In this document: in pieces, positions 28,351 through 42,250 of the stretch | Layout: each line of letters begins with the position of its first letter | Numbering within the stretch: position 1 is the first letter of the stretch | NCBI GenBank assembly: GCA_973895155.1 | Contig: OZ316893.1 | Coordinates: 8,805,839 to 8,869,838 of the forward strand | Source: Marsupella aquatica | Lineage: Eukaryota > Plantae > Marchantiophyta | Reading direction: 5' to 3' | DNA: 64,000 nucleotides | Program-made: the position numbers and the translations under genes | The notes under the pieces: model-generated | Told to the model about the DNA's origin: nothing | The model's database searches: none | What the model saw: only the letters and a program-made list of their open reading frames with translations

Positions 28351-31300
28351 TCAGATGCAAAGGACACCCAAGTCACTCTCCGTCGACTGGGTAGGCTGAT
28401 CTAATGAACTTTCCACTGGAGGAGACGATTTTGCTGCCTGTGATCTCTCTGTCCTTGCCCTGTTTGACAAGCCCGATTCTTGGGCACTGCGAGCATTGAA
28501 AAGTTGTCATAATCGTCATGATTGAAAAATGTAGCTCCTCCGCACACGATTGACAGAACCAGCATTGTGTGAAACCTCCAAAGACCAAAATGTAAAGAAC
28601 TTATGAGCATTCGTGTTCAACAAGTCACAAAACACAAATTCTTACCTGGTCAAAATCGTCACACCCGCTCTTGTATGTATAGCACCACAACAAGCTTTGT
28701 ACTTCTTCTTGGAACCACACGGGCATCTCTTATTCCTAGATATGGCCTGCGCCTGTTATAGATAGTAAGCACTTCTTTAGGTTGCTATTACATGCCATCG
28801 TGAAACGCTAAAGCTGATGCTGTTGACAAAGCTCAGAAGGTAACAAACAAGACTAACGTGAAAAAGGATAACCACAATAGTGGCAAAAAATTGCATCACT
28901 GGTATTTTTCGTCTACCAAAAGAGAGCATATGCCAAGAATTATTGATTTGGACCGTCGGTGTTGCAATTGCTGTCAAGTAAGAGTTTACATTTCCCAGAT
29001 TGTTTTCAGTACAGTACTTGAGACATGAAAGTGCACTTATCACTCTATATCAGCTTCCGACACTGGTCAATGCCCAGCATGTGGTGAATCGCCAAATGGT
29101 GCTTGTCAGCTTGCATTCTCAAAATAGATTGAAATTTTTTGCGGAAGTGGAGCTGCTCACCGGATGTAGCAAAGCATTTTTGGCTCTTGATGCATGAGAT
29201 TCATGTCCATATGGAGCTCCAGGAAGTACATTGTCAGAATCCAAAAGGCTCATCTCGGGTGTACTTTCAAGTGAAGTCTCTAGGTGCTCGTCAGTAGAAG
29301 TTCCCGACCCTGATGGAATAATCATCAACAGCTTCAGTGCAAGAATGGCACATGCTATATCAGATAACGCATCAGTCGCTAGTGTTTCATGCAGTTGCTC
29401 CTAGCAATGAGGATCAATTCTACTCTTCAAGGGACCGCTGACAAAGAAAATGATTTAGAAACAAAGATCACTGCAAAGAGGGGCCAAAGGAACGACCTTC
29501 GAACGAAATAAGATCCGTTGATGAATCACTACTCTCACTGAGATCGCCTTCTGCAATTAGAAACGCTATTGCGGCATCTGTATCACCATGCACCTCATGT
29601 AAAACCTGCCACACTCCACAATGTCAAAACAAAGAAAAGAAGCGACTTCGGTAATCTCTCGAACTCGGAACACTCTTGCGGAAGCCTAACATTCAAATAG
29701 GCTGCAAGGATTTCAATGTCAAAGAAGCATAGCTTATATTTTCTAGCCATACTGGAGTAGCAAGAGACAATTTGCGAAATATTTAACGAGAGATAACCGT
29801 AAAGATTTAAAATCGATCTGGAAAGTCCCTACTGTATATCAACATCCCCAATGATTCTTGAAAGGTATTCTCTCTGCAATCAAGAGGTAACGCTCTGTTG
29901 AACTTAGCCATATGCTACTCCAATAGTACTCATCCACAGTACACAATAAGAACGACAATCATGAAAGATCAGTAAGCTTTTGAGCTTGGATGACTAACAG
30001 GAATACCTGCATAACTCGGCCTGGATCGGAACAACCAGCTCCTGCCATTACAAGTTTGACTTCTCTAAAATCTTTTTTCTCTCTTATTGCTGTACCAAGA
30101 GTTGCTTCATCTTTTGCTGGGGGTAGTTCATTGACAAGATTGTTCTCCACCTACAATTGCAGATGTATATTGGAGACGTCAGCCATTGAGTAAGCGAATA
30201 ATAGTTTGGTTTCGATTCCCTAGCGAAGTAGAACATAACAAGCCGTAGCAAGAATCCGAAACAATATTACAATGATAAGGATGGCACTACCAACCTTTAT
30301 TGTTTCCAACTTGGGTGGGCCTGTACCGTCATCTTCCACCCCGCGGACACTGTTGTAATGCTCCTCTCCATGATATGATCTGCCAGTCATGTCCCATCAC
30401 AATCTGGCCTATATTTAGTCAATTCCAGCTAAACTCCTGACCTGACCAGAAGTCATTCTAAGAAGCAAATTCAACGTTTCCCCAAGAGAACTCAAGATTC
30501 CATTAGTAGTATCTCGATTCGTGGCTACAAATGTTCAGAATTCTTTCTTCGGAAAGATCAGGCGTTGTTAGCGTGATCCTCCATTTTCTTTAGTGTTGTC
30601 AGATTCTTGGTAAATTTATCAATAATAGAGGAAACACTCACTGTTTCGTTTCTAGATTTTCCCATATATTTCCTTAAGTTGAAATTATCTTGACTTTGCT
30701 ACCAAGTATTGCTTCTGACCTCCTCAGTAGTTACGTAGCTCTTACAGAGGTGGTTTAGCAGAGTGGACCTACAAATATGAAGCAGAAAATCAGAAACAAT
30801 CCACTCAATCGTGGATTTGGAAACTAAGTCTGCTTACAATTGAAGAATAGGAGTGCCTGGAGTTTGAAAGTTCATGATTTGCCACCTAGGAAACATGAGC
30901 TGTTCGAGACATATCCACTCATCTGTAAGCGATTAATAAAGGAGCCTGACGGTTGCATTACAACTTCCTCTTGCTTTTCCAGTAACCTGAAGTTGTAATC
31001 CCATACTATCAAGATATTACTGTTAAGCATTCGCACAACGACAATAATAAAAGCTCATCTCCAGCCACTCACCCTCCTACATTACAGCGTGTAGCATGTG
31101 TAATAAATTGACTTTTAAACTACGCAGATAGCTAACCCGATGAATGCAGATATCACATTTTGTGACCAATGATATTGCCTGAAGCTCCATATGTCCTGCC
31201 CAAGTTCCATCCTGGCGCATGTTGCTGCAATACTCATCAAATGTAATTTCTTCGTCCAGAAAAGGCTCAAAATCTTCCTTATGCTCCTACATTGTGCAAT

Positions 31301-33121
31301 CAACGAACACTTCAACACGAATCCCAGTGAGCCCATTCAACAAACAGTTCAGGACAAGTCACACAGCAGTCAGCGTTGATGAATTACGATACTTGCCGAA
31401 CTGGAATGCTCCTGAATTTCTTCCAATTGTGTAATGAGAACGAGGAAATTCATATATCAACCTAAGCCATCCAAAGAGTAAGGACACACCTCTAAGTAGT
31501 CCACAACCTTACCCCGATACTTTGCATGCTCTTCTTCATTACCTTCAAGTTGATCAGCAATAGCTCTGTACCAAGAGATACGACATTAATACTCTTTTAT
31601 AACTTTGGTTTCCACTGATAAATCAGCTCCTTTTATTGTAACCAGTGCAAATATTCCAGCTTGCACTGCAGTCTTGCTTACAGAAATAACTCGCAATGAG
31701 GGAGAGCGCAAACTGACCTGAAGAAACAGTTCCCATCTCCAGTGACAGGGACAACTTTCAGCCCCAACGCAGCCACCTGCTCATCCATCTTATTGTTCCC
31801 CCCTCCTCCCCCTCCAGTACCTCCGCGAATCTTTGACTGTTCTCCCAATTCGAAAAGTTTGTTAGTCAGAGTCACCTCTCCTCGACATCATAAAGAACTT
31901 GCTATTAGTAAAACAGTTAGGCATTGGCAGGAATTACAGCAAGGTAGGTCAGAGTCACTACGAGAGAGAGTTTAGGGTTTAGATAGAGAACAAAGAGAGA
32001 GAGGGCAACAATGTTAGTGAAGCTACTTTTTTAATCCGCATTCAGTTTTTCGCTCTGAGCTGTCCCTAATGAAACTAACTGTTTCCTTTCAGATCTAATT
32101 TCATAGGTATTCCCTAACGAAGTAACAGCTCTGCGTTTCGTCAGGGTAAACTACTTGAAAAGAAGGTTGCAAGGTGATGTCCATCACGTAACAATACTGT
32201 GATTAGAGATGTAATTCTCAATCTACCTGACCGTGATCATGGAGATTTGCAAGACGATACACCTCCTGGACTGGATGGGGTTGTTTTCAGTCAGAAAGTG
32301 CAAAATTTAGCAAGAATTCTGGGCACTTGTTTCGTGTTCTTCAATTTTGCTATCCCCTAGTTCGGTTCCTATAGACGAAGGTTGAAATCTTTAGGCCTTG
32401 CTCCGGTTTTCACTTTCCCCCGCTGCCCTTTCTTGACTATTGTTGATTCATAATTAGAAGACAGATAAGCAGTTGCTCAAGGTGGGAATCCGGACGGAAA
32501 GAACCCGAATGAAGGAAGTGATAGAGAGAACTAGGGCTTTCCTGTAGGAAAAAAGTCTCATCATTCGTCAGAAACAAGTCTGGACAGAGGAGAAAGAAGA
32601 CTGGAAGCTTCTGTCCAGTTTCGGCTACGAAACTAGGGCTCGATGGAATCCTTAAATTCTCCAATTTTTTTCCATCACCACGTACTTCTATGGTTCTCCT
32701 TTAGCTGTCCACAAAGGTCGAAAGGAAACTCGTCCCGGTGCTTTATATTTCACACATCGATAAAATCTCTTGCCTGTCTACAGCTCTGTTGGTTGGTGCC
32801 CTGTTTCGTTGGTGACTCGATCTCACGACATGGGTCCGTCTCTAAAGAGAACTACGAATTCAATTTTTAGCTTCTTGGACCAATATGAATCATTCAGGAC
32901 CTTCGTAGTCCGTCATCATCCTGTTCTCAACGAGTGGCTGAAAACATTTTTCAGTGTTATTAATAAGAGAAACAGACCCACAAGCCTCCGGCACGAGAAA
33001 CTCATCGTCAAGGACACCCGACGAAACACCAGGACAGATTACTTAGCATGCTTATCGAGGCCATAGAAAGAATCCTCACCTTCATGTAATTTTTCACTCG
33101 TCGGCCTTTGGGCGGCCCCAT
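28351..33121 (-). CDS. OTU7: OTU-domain deubiquitinase with C-terminal SEC-C motif (OTU7-like), about 392 aa in 11 exons
   Basis: Exons 33121-33080, 31836-31718, 31565-31490, 31286-31137, 30899-30838, 30379-30295, 30150-30007, 29605-29497, 29309-29161, 28752-28646 and 28486-28351 join in frame (1179 nt). Motifs: catalytic GDGNCFFRAIADQL, GTWAGHMELQA, SYHGEEHYNSV, SEC-C RNKRCPCGSKKKYKACC, and C-terminal DLGVLCI. Exons 1 and 9 are the least certain. Confidence 0.88.
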
Positions 33122-34340
33122 CGTTCGCTCAGGTGAAAAGCTAGATCAAGCAGGCTGCTCAGGATTCTAGAAGACCGGATGATGCAATTCAGCCCAGGAT
33201 ACTTTAGAGCTCAGTGAGAGTGGGTTCCGTAAATTTTGCAGGGACAGAATTGGACGGACTAGTATCGTTCCTGCTGCACTTATTCAGACAGCTTTCTCAG
33301 AGTCCGTTCGAGCTACCTCTGCTCTTCTGCCAAAAATCAAGACCTGCTCAACTCAAAAGGACTTTCCTCCATTGGTTTCCAAAGTTTTAGGGCACTGGCA
33401 ACAAAGTTACAAGCTCGCAGAACGTTGATGGATAAATTGCCGTTGCCTGCCTTCAGACATCTCAATTCAGTATTCACCGATTCAGCTGTTCACTCGACAG
33501 CGGGTAAGGTACAGTAGCAACCCTCAGCAGTCTCCTAAGATCATTCCACAAACATAATCTGCGGTGATTCTTCAGGGATTTGGATTTCAGCCGACTTCTC
33601 TACCGTGAGGAGAGCTCTGTGATCCGCCCACAGTTCCAAGAGAGGGTCTAGTGTACTCTCCACGCCTCGGAATGAGAAAATTAAGGAAGTCAAAATGAGG
33701 ATTTCAAGAACGTCGAGCTATGAAAGTCCAGGGATGTACTGCAGGCTTTGAAAAGTTTGATCCGCTGAAGGTCAGATGGCACAATTGAGCTGATTGTGGG
33801 TACCGTTCAGACTAGAAAGGAGTGGTTCAGACGTTCAGTTGCTTGCTGCAACAGAGGTTTTGCATGCAAGAGGAGGCTTGACGTGACAAGGTGGCAAAAA
33901 GTGGCTAAAGGGACAGTGTAAAGCTATGAGCCATATTGCATGCAGCGAGGTGGCCCTCATAAAACTACAGTAGGCCCTTATTATAAAAGTTCCTCAATTT
34001 CCTGGATATAGCCTTTGATTTGTAGGACCATGGGTTGTTTTGCCTTTGGGTCCCTGTCTCCTTGTTTGGCATTTTTTTTAGTTTGCACTCTTGACTTCAA
34101 TGGTCAGGACTGCCGGAGCTAGAACATTTGTGGACCTTGGCCTCTGTTTTTTGCTTGCTCCTCTTGCCTTTGTTTTGCAAAGATCGGAAACTGCACGAAC
34201 TAGAACGTTTGTGGGCATCGGCCTTGGTTTTCCGCTTCAACCATCACTGTCCACCAGGTTTGGGGAGGACAAAATATTTTTAGGTTTTAGTAAGAACATT
34301 ATTTACTTGTGTTGGTAACCTGGACCACAAAGTTTTGCTT

Positions 34341-34539
34341 TTGGGAGGGTCTTAGTTTTGCCTGGGGGGTTTAAGACCTTGTTGAGCCAATTGGAAGGGT
34401 CTTAGTTTTGCTTTGGGGGTTTAAGACCCTCTAGAGCCATTTGCAAGGGTCTTAGTTTTGCTTTGGGGGTTTAAGCCCCTCTTGAGCCATTTTGGAGGGT
34501 CTCAGTTTTGCTTTAGGGGTTTAAGACCCTCTTGAGCCA
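34341..34539. repeat. 50-bp tandem repeat, 4 copies, each with an internal hairpin
   Basis: Unit AGGGTCTTAGTTTTGCTTTGGGGGTTTAAGACCCTCTTGAGCCATTTGG, with GGGT at 34347, 34397, 34447 and 34497. GGGTCTTA and TAAGACCC are inverted arms. Confidence 0.9.
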
Positions 34540-36122
34540 GGTAGGTACGTAGATGCGACGTTGCAGGCAGATTGGTTATCTATCTTCCCAATCATCCAAA
34601 ATGTTTCCTTTGCCATTGAGTCTCCTGGCATGGAGAATTTGTATTTTTCATAATTTTATACACCTAAGTAATATGCTGCCAGCAAATTAGCCAGCGGGCA
34701 GCTAGACAAGACTCTAAAAGACTACATACATGCAAGGCAGTTCTAAAGCTGATCAGCCTGATGTTTGAGAGCGAAGTCTTTGTTTGTGAATGCTTGTGTC
34801 AATGTTTTGGGAGACGTGGGCAAAGGAATCATGTTGGGGCAGCATGACTCACAATAAGGCTCACTTTGTTTTGCTCCAAGAAAAGAGAGAAAATTGCGAA
34901 TTCTGTTTTTTTTTCAGAGAAAAAGTGTTGCCAGATGTAGATCATCAGCCTCGAGACTACCTTCTTGGATTTTTTCCAAGTTATCTAAGCATCCATTCAC
35001 ATTGGTCACTGCCCACCTGTACAGATTCTTGGCAATTACCCTACCAGGAGGCCATTTGCCCTGGCCACCTGGCCACCTGGCATTGGCATATTGGAAATTA
35101 AAATTAAAATTGGATAAAAAGGATACAGTGTCATAGTTCCATGGTTTACAAGTCTGAATGTCCATTCTTTTAATATTAATAGAGATGATGACAAAATTTG
35201 TCATGCACAATCATCATTTTGACCTCAATTTTGACATACAATATATTTCTGAGTGCTTTGATTTCATTTACATCGCATAATGCTTTTCATCCACATACAT
35301 ATGGTGGGGCCCTAGAGTCATGGTCTAGAGGCTTCACTCTAGAAGCCTAGACCCCATCTCTAGCTTGTGTTTTTCAAATTAATTATGAGTAAGATGCGCC
35401 TGAAACCTGTCCCCTATCCAGGTATTCAGTTGTAACCCCTCAACCTAAACCATATATATCCTCTATTGATTCCAGCCCAGTACCCCTGCTGATGGATGGG
35501 TTAATTGAACCAAAAAACATCAGCTCCTCCTTGGTATATACATGATTTTACGGGTTCTTAAAACACTGTCTCACATAGTATTAGGCAAATGTGGGTAATG
35601 TGGACTCACAACACGTTACCTTCGGTTTGGTCCATGTGTCTATATATGTTCAAGGTTTTTGGGGGTAAATATATAGTTTGATATGTACCTATAGTTCTTA
35701 AACAAACTTTAGGGGATCTATGACACAGCTCAACTATTTTTTAAGATATGGGATTGTCTAGATGGAGGAGGTGTTTGAACTCCTCTCTGCCACAGTCCCC
35801 CCAAAGTATCCCACTTGGCCTCCATCCCGAGTGCATTCCCCTTCCTTATTGAGTTCTCAAGTCTTTTGCGTGTTTCAGGATTCTTTTGAGGTTTTGACAA
35901 AGAGACGCTTTGGTCTGGCTTGTTCCTTACTTAGTTAGGGTTTGTGAGGTTTATTGAGGATGACGAGTGGAGGTGTCCATATTTTCGGTTGTTGCCAGTT
36001 GCACTTGTTTGTTTGAGGCCTGGTCCTAGCTTGTGTTTGTGGTAGCTTGTCAAGAAAGTTGGTGGGGAAGGGCAGGCAGATAAGCTTGGTTGTTGCTTGG
36101 AGGTTTATGGTTCATTGGTGAG

Positions 36123-36422
36123 CTTGGGGGTCTCACTAAGTATATGGGGACCTCCCCATCACCTGTGACATTTTTAGGCCTCGGACCCACTAAAATGTAA
36201 GAAAAAAATTAATTTTTTCACCCCTATAAAGTTGGGATATTCTTGGAATATTCCAAAAATTGGATTAAAAAGACCCTAATGTTCTTATAAGTCTCAAAAT
36301 TGAATTTAAAAGACTCTATTGTTCTTCTACAAAAATTCTTAAATTTTCCCTTAGAACCAATAAAATGACCCTATCCTTTGTCGCACGTGATATGTCATTT
36401 TTGTGGAAGTGAAACCTCCGAG
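36123..36422. mobile_element. MITE-like element, about 300 bp
   Basis: Ends CTTGGGGGTCTCAC ... GTGAAACCTCCGAG. Colinear similarity with 61259-61541 over its whole length. Confidence 0.7.
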
Positions 36423-36899
36423 TTGGTGAGTAACTTTATAATTTACGCTAGTGGACGCTTCTGCCTACTACACAATGGTTCTTGCTCCCATTCAATTTCT
36501 TTTCCTCCTTCCTAGCAATTATGATTTCGTGCTGAGAATGACAATAATTATGTCTGGGCTTCCTAAGTTTGTGCAACAATTCTAGATTGGGCATGACTAA
36601 CAAAGAACTTTTGCAAAGCCTAGGAATAATTGTATAGAGTGGTGCTACCAAATTTATAAAAAGATCTTCCCAAGTGGACGTAATACAATTTCATTTCTTG
36701 GGTGCTCCTTAAAGTAGTAATTTCAGATGGCTGCATTGATTTCTTGTTTTGTCGTTATGTTGAGTTATCTAAATGATTTCCTTCTATAAATCATGATTTT
36801 TTCATTAAACGGTGTCACGTTGCGCCTCCTCCGTTAGCTGGTAGCCGGTAGTTGCCTGTAGACTCAAAACAAATACGTAAAGAATGCACTTCTGTGCAT

Positions 36900-37020
36900 T
36901 GGCAGTCCATGGGCTACCGGTTAACTCAGAAGAGTGGGAACTCTCAGGAGTTGGGTTCGAATCTCATTGTGAGCTTTTTAACATTCACCTGCCCCAAAAG
37001 TGGGGTTCAGACGCCTCTTA
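36900..37020 (+). mobile_element. Degenerate tRNA-derived SINE-like sequence
   Basis: Pol III B-box GGGTTCGAATCTC at ~36953, followed by CCCCAAAAGTGG. The same motif lies downstream of the tRNA-like head at 62341-62412. Confidence 0.35.
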
Positions 37021-39369
37021 TTACAGTCATAAGTTGAGTTTGATTCAAAAAGAGCTTACACACATAATCCCCCAAAAGTGGGGTTCAGACGCTTCTAGTA
37101 ACACACAAACTCTTTTTGATTCTAGATGGGAACTGGTTGTTCCAATTTCCGGTCAATAATCACTACAATCCAAAGGAGCTACAGAACAGTCTTAAATACT
37201 GAACACGTTATTCGTAGAAGTGAATTCTAAATGTGTATCAGCGGTGTATAAATGGTTTGTCCTTTCCTTGAAGAAGTTATTACCTGGTTGTCTGAGCATT
37301 CATGGGCTCACTCTCCCATGGGTGAGCTGCTGACAGAACCACAGTCACACTTATCTTGGCTTTCCATGTGCAACCATTTTGGAGTGCCTGGGTGTGGACA
37401 CTTGAACAAATAGAATATAGTGGAGGAGCAATTGCAAGTCTTGAAGGGCGCATGCCGAGGCACATTTAATGGCATTATGGTGACTATTATGAAGGTTTAA
37501 ACGGTTTGTAAATCATGGCTCTGAAATGATGTAATAATATTAATAAGGCAATTTTAAAAGTACAAAAAGGTACTGAAGGGTTTTAGAGGGGAGGCCATTC
37601 ATAGGTGGGTCTTGTTATTATACAAGGAGTAAGGACTAGTTCTGCACTAACTTGCTAACATCAAATAATTCAGATGTACTTCTCCCCTCTAGCTAGCATT
37701 TTTCCAGAATCCTTAGGTATTTGATTTTGTAAGTCTTCTTATTTTGTATTCTGTGTTGCACACAAGTATATGTTTAAAGAATAGCTACTAGTACTATGTA
37801 AGTACTTATGCCAGGACTGTCACATGTTTTCTTGACACTCCCATGCTGCTGGCCTGAAGTCACTCTCAACGTCCATGTTTCTAATTAAAAACAAGAGCTT
37901 ACTACATACTTGAGAGCTACTGGGCCCTTGTCCTCTCCCCACATACTGGTTTGCTATTTGCATAGCTTGAACCCAGGGATCTCAAGCTAGTGGGTCTATT
38001 TGGGGTTCAATGGGTCTCTTTGCAGTTGTTGGATCCCTTGGGACTGTTCCTTCTCCACTCTTGTTTAATTTGAGCTTCAATAACTGAGCTTCAAGTACTT
38101 GCCAAGCTTTTGAGTGAGTGCGTGGTGATACTAGTCATACCTGATCATGAGGAAAAATTCCAAATATCAATGAAACTGTGATTATTAGTTAAAACAAGGC
38201 AGACAAATTATCCTACATTGTACTTGTCATCAATTTTTTACTCCTATTGGTAATTCATTTGGACTTAACTTCCGGCATTAATTAACTTCTATGGTTAATT
38301 AGATTGTTTGCAGGCAAGCAGATTGATCAATTTGTAAGTACCCTTTGCTAGCAAAGAAATGATCCAAGAAAGCATTGAGGAAACTAATCCCAAAGCTATC
38401 ATTAACTAAAGTATCTGTTAATTTGCTACTTGCCTAACTGGAATCCAGGGATGTCAAGCTAGTGGGTCTATTTGGGTTGGGGTTGAATGGGTCTATTGGC
38501 AGTTCTTGGATATATACATTCCTTGGGGCTATTCATTCTCTGCTCTTATTTTTAAGCTGTTTGCTTACTTCAAATATATCCAAGTTAGCCATCGCTAATT
38601 AATTGTTGACTGGTCTATCAGCAAGGTCCACTTCAAGATCGAGGAGTAATTATATATAGTACCTGAAATTGGCAGCATGGTAGATTTGGACTGGTCCTCA
38701 CTGGTTAGCCTCCTTCTGTGCAAAGTTGTTTGGGTCCCTCATGACCATCAAACTCTGATTGGGTAGTGGGCACTCAATCTGATTGTTCAAATGTAATGTA
38801 TTAATGTCTTGGCTGAACATTTCAAACCTGAGCTGCCAGCAGTTATCATATTTTGTTTTAACATTACTTAAAATAGAAAAGAATACTACTAACATTGCTA
38901 AATTTTTGGATGTATGGCCCAGGATGAACAACAAGACAACAATTTGAGTCTATCACAAGTGATCCACCTGTCAACAAACAACCATTTTTCATGGATGAGA
39001 ATTCCCAGCCCCAAGTTACTAGTATACATGCAAGTACAAATGTGCCCATAGTACAGATGGCTATAACATGATTCCTAAGACCACCCATAGACATCACTCC
39101 CATAAAGATGATATATGGGAAGCCTTTAAGTGTCCTAGACTTGCTACTACCCATCCTCCAGGTGTCACCTATGCTATCAACTCCCAGGATATGAGCTTAC
39201 AACATGAAGACATACCTTGGTTTCAATATGGATTCTAGTAGTCATTTGAGGCTAGCTAAGTGCACCTGCCAATTATGTGGCGAGAGTGGAAAAATGATAC
39301 CAAGGAATAACCAAAGGAGGCATATGAGCACCAATACGTAGTTGGGCTCCACTAGTAGAAAATGGGGCC

Positions 39370-39755
39370 TTTTATGACTATGACACATATGACTTATGTG
39401 CTCAAATGACAAAATATGTAAATGACATAACATAAATGACATTGAAATGACTGTCCAAAATGACGGGGTGCAAAAAATGACTAATACTTGCAATAGTGTC
39501 ATTTAAACCAATGAGCCAAATGACTTTGACTGCTATAATGACAACAATCATGAGTTGTAGTCATTTTGGACAGTCTTTGTGAATGACACAATTAACAAAA
39601 ACTCTGTCATATCAGTGTTTCACATATGGGAAGTCATTTCAGATGACGGTGACTAATGACTAATAAATCAAATATGCAAATATCAGTGTTTAAAAATGTT
39701 AGTAGTCATTCAAACCAAAAGTTATAAATGACATGATAAACAACATATGACTATT
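39370..39755. repeat. Left CACTA subterminal repeat region
   Basis: Many AATGAC and GTCATT motifs in both orientations just inside the left TIR. Confidence 0.85.
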
Positions 39756-39880
39756 TTGAGGTTTATGGTTTAGTATATGTTTAGGGTTTAGGGTATGATT
39801 AGCTGGCCATTAGGGATGCTACCCACTCCACATGGTGCGGGATGGGGTACTTGTACACCCTGAGCCACTAGTTATGCCAC

Positions 39881-40072
39881 TTGGCCTCCACGACACTTTT
39901 TAAAACACACATTCTGCATCATGGAAGGGCATCACCCAACTTTGGGCAAAACACTCCCAAGTTGTATGACTCAGTACCTCCAATAGACCCTGTGCCTGTC
40001 CAAGGGTCTTTAGAAGAGGCCATGCGACCTTTATATCCAGGGAGTAAGATAGATGTAATTTCTTTTATGTTG
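39881..40072 (+). pseudogene. Truncated 5' relic of a canonical CACTA TnpD-type transposase
   Basis: LEEAMRPLYPGSKIDVISFML (40010-40072) resembles the conserved 'L.eA..PLYpG...s.lsf.l' segment of CACTA TnpD. It stops exactly at the left TIR of the nested element. Confidence 0.5.
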
Positions 40073-40123
40073 ATCAGCCTATTCATTAAAAGTGTATTTT
40101 CTTTTGTTCACAAATCAGTCCTG

Positions 40124-40190
40124 AAATGTACACTTTTATGTCCCCAAATGTACACTTTAAGAAGCCCAAATGTACACTTTATAGGCCAAA
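40124..40190. repeat. Left subterminal repeats of the nested element
   Basis: Three AAATGTACACTTT copies at 22-bp spacing (40124, 40146, 40168). Confidence 0.85.
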
Positions 40191-40439
40191 TCTTATTAGT
40201 ATTATATTAATATATTATATTATATTAATTATAATAGTATTATATTACTTATTAGTTCACAAAGAACCATGGGATAGAGATCATACTTGTAAAAACATTT
40301 ACGCACAAAGAAGCCTAGGCAAGGACCATTGATTGATAATGTGTGAAATAATTATATACAATTGTGTCCAAACTTACAATGAATATCCAGGGCTGGCACC
40401 CATTTTTACTATCTAATGGGCTTAACATGAGTCAGATCT

Positions 40440-41476
40440 CTAAACAAAGTGCTCCTTACAATATTTATTTGAGCACGTGCCCTTGTCTCCTTTACTATCT
40501 ACCCTAATGTCACGGTTGCAACTCCCTTTATCTTCAGGGAGATGAAATTTGGTGGTGTTGTTCCTAATTGCTATAATCTCCCGCAAAAAGTGTCTGGGAT
40601 TTTCTCTATACAGACCTGAATATTCCCGTCCTACAAATGATCTAGCAAGTGAGGTGACAAGTGCATCGTCAAGTTCCACCTCAGGACGTAAGCTACATAT
40701 ACGGTGCTTCACAGCCCAAGGAATCTCATTGCTATTGAGGTCCAGCACACTATGCCTATACTGTGACTTCCAAATTTTTGCTGCACATCTCTTACTAAGT
40801 TGATCATAAGTAATCTCATTTTTTGCCTTGTCTCTCTTAATGTGCAATAGAGACCACTTTGGAGAGTTTAGGAGAAGATAACAACGAATGTCACTTGCAT
40901 GTGACAGTTTCTCAAGACATGGCCAAAGAATTGTTAGAAGAAAATTGTCTCCACGATTGGCATGAGTGTAGGGCACTGGAAATAGTCCGGTCATGTCTGG
41001 GTTGGCAAATGCCTTCAAGGGGGAGTCATCCACAAGGAGTGTGTTGGTTTCATCATATAGATTTCCAAATGCACTCCATACCACCCGAAAATCCTTCAAT
41101 AGCACATTTGCCTTTCCATTTGTAATGTCACGCCTTTGAATGCCTGTGTCAAAGGCTTCCACCTGTGTGAATACAAACTTCAGTTTCAACCGCTCCTCAA
41201 CAGTGAACATCATGTTCAACATTTTCACTGTCCGCGGCATCCCAGCACATGTCCAAATTGCAACGTCAAACCGGTCAAAAACCAACTTTAGAAACTCATG
41301 GAACCCTGGCCTCTGTGTATACATGCGACTAGTTCCATTTGATCTATCCCAATGCACTCCATTTGGGGTCACAATGTTTCTGGATTTGCCCTTGCTTTGG
41401 AATTCAAGTGAATCCCAAAGTATTTTGTTAAGATCCAAAATCAGCAACTTCCGCTTGATGGGACAAGGTCTCGATT
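40440..41476 (-). CDS. FCP1/SCP/NIF-family HAD phosphatase-like domain (last exon of cargo gene)
   Basis: KLLILDLNKIL (motif I variant of DxDxT), RPGFHEFL...FDVAIWT, LKDFRVVW and NTLLVDDSPLKAFANP are hallmarks of the plant 'DLNGLL'-type FCP1-like family. This exon is open throughout. Confidence 0.85.
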
Positions 41477-42250
41477 CTGCAAGTGCAACAAATACAACTC
41501 TTAGAAAGAAAACTAAATTTGAACTTTGGAATCTCAGTCCAAAAATACAAGACAATGACTAACAACAAAGAAAACCTACATACCATTTTTAGAAGCCCCA
41601 AAGAGCGTAGGTGGATATCGAGGCTCTAATTGCTGACCGCATTATGTGAGACCGAGAAGTATTTTAGATTGGTATGAAAAAATGGAAAGTCAGACGGTTT
41701 GATCTCAGTCTGAAAAAAGACATCCGTATTCATCAATAATGTCAACACCCAGCTCCTCTTGGATTTCAAAATTGACATTTGAAGTACTTTGTTCTACCCA
41801 ATAAGGTGACGTCCAAACAGGAGTTATCAATCCCAATTCTCCTCTCTTATACTCCTTCCTGTTAAGAATCGATGGAGCAGCATCCAATGAAACTTCTTGG
41901 CCTCTATTTGGCCCACTTTTCCACACATAACATCGTGCATCACGTTCAAGTGACCTCCATCCGGTTGATCCAACTCTATTCCCTTTTTTCTTTGAGAGAG
42001 GAAGGACAACTGGACTTCCCGAGTGTGAACGAACAAAAACCAATTTGTCATCAGAAGCTGAAAAGAGTGTGTCAGGACAAATTGAAGCACCTGCCTGGTT
42101 GTCAATAGTCGCTGATGCACGGGCTTCTGGGGTCATGGGAATCTCACGTACTTCAACAGCCGTCCCGGGAATCAAATTTTGGGTGTCAGCTTCATTCGAA
42201 TTGACCTGTCTGTCTCCACCGTCCGCGACCAAATTGGTTGACGAACGATT

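Noticed and set aside
28753-29496. Apparent frameshifts in the middle of the OTU gene
   Set aside because: Resolved by an exon at 29309-29161 with phase-compatible splice sites, so the gene is intact.
37600-39349. Possible gypsy gag/protease remnants with a ~90-bp duplicated block (~37975 and ~38445)
   Set aside because: Too degenerate to assign.
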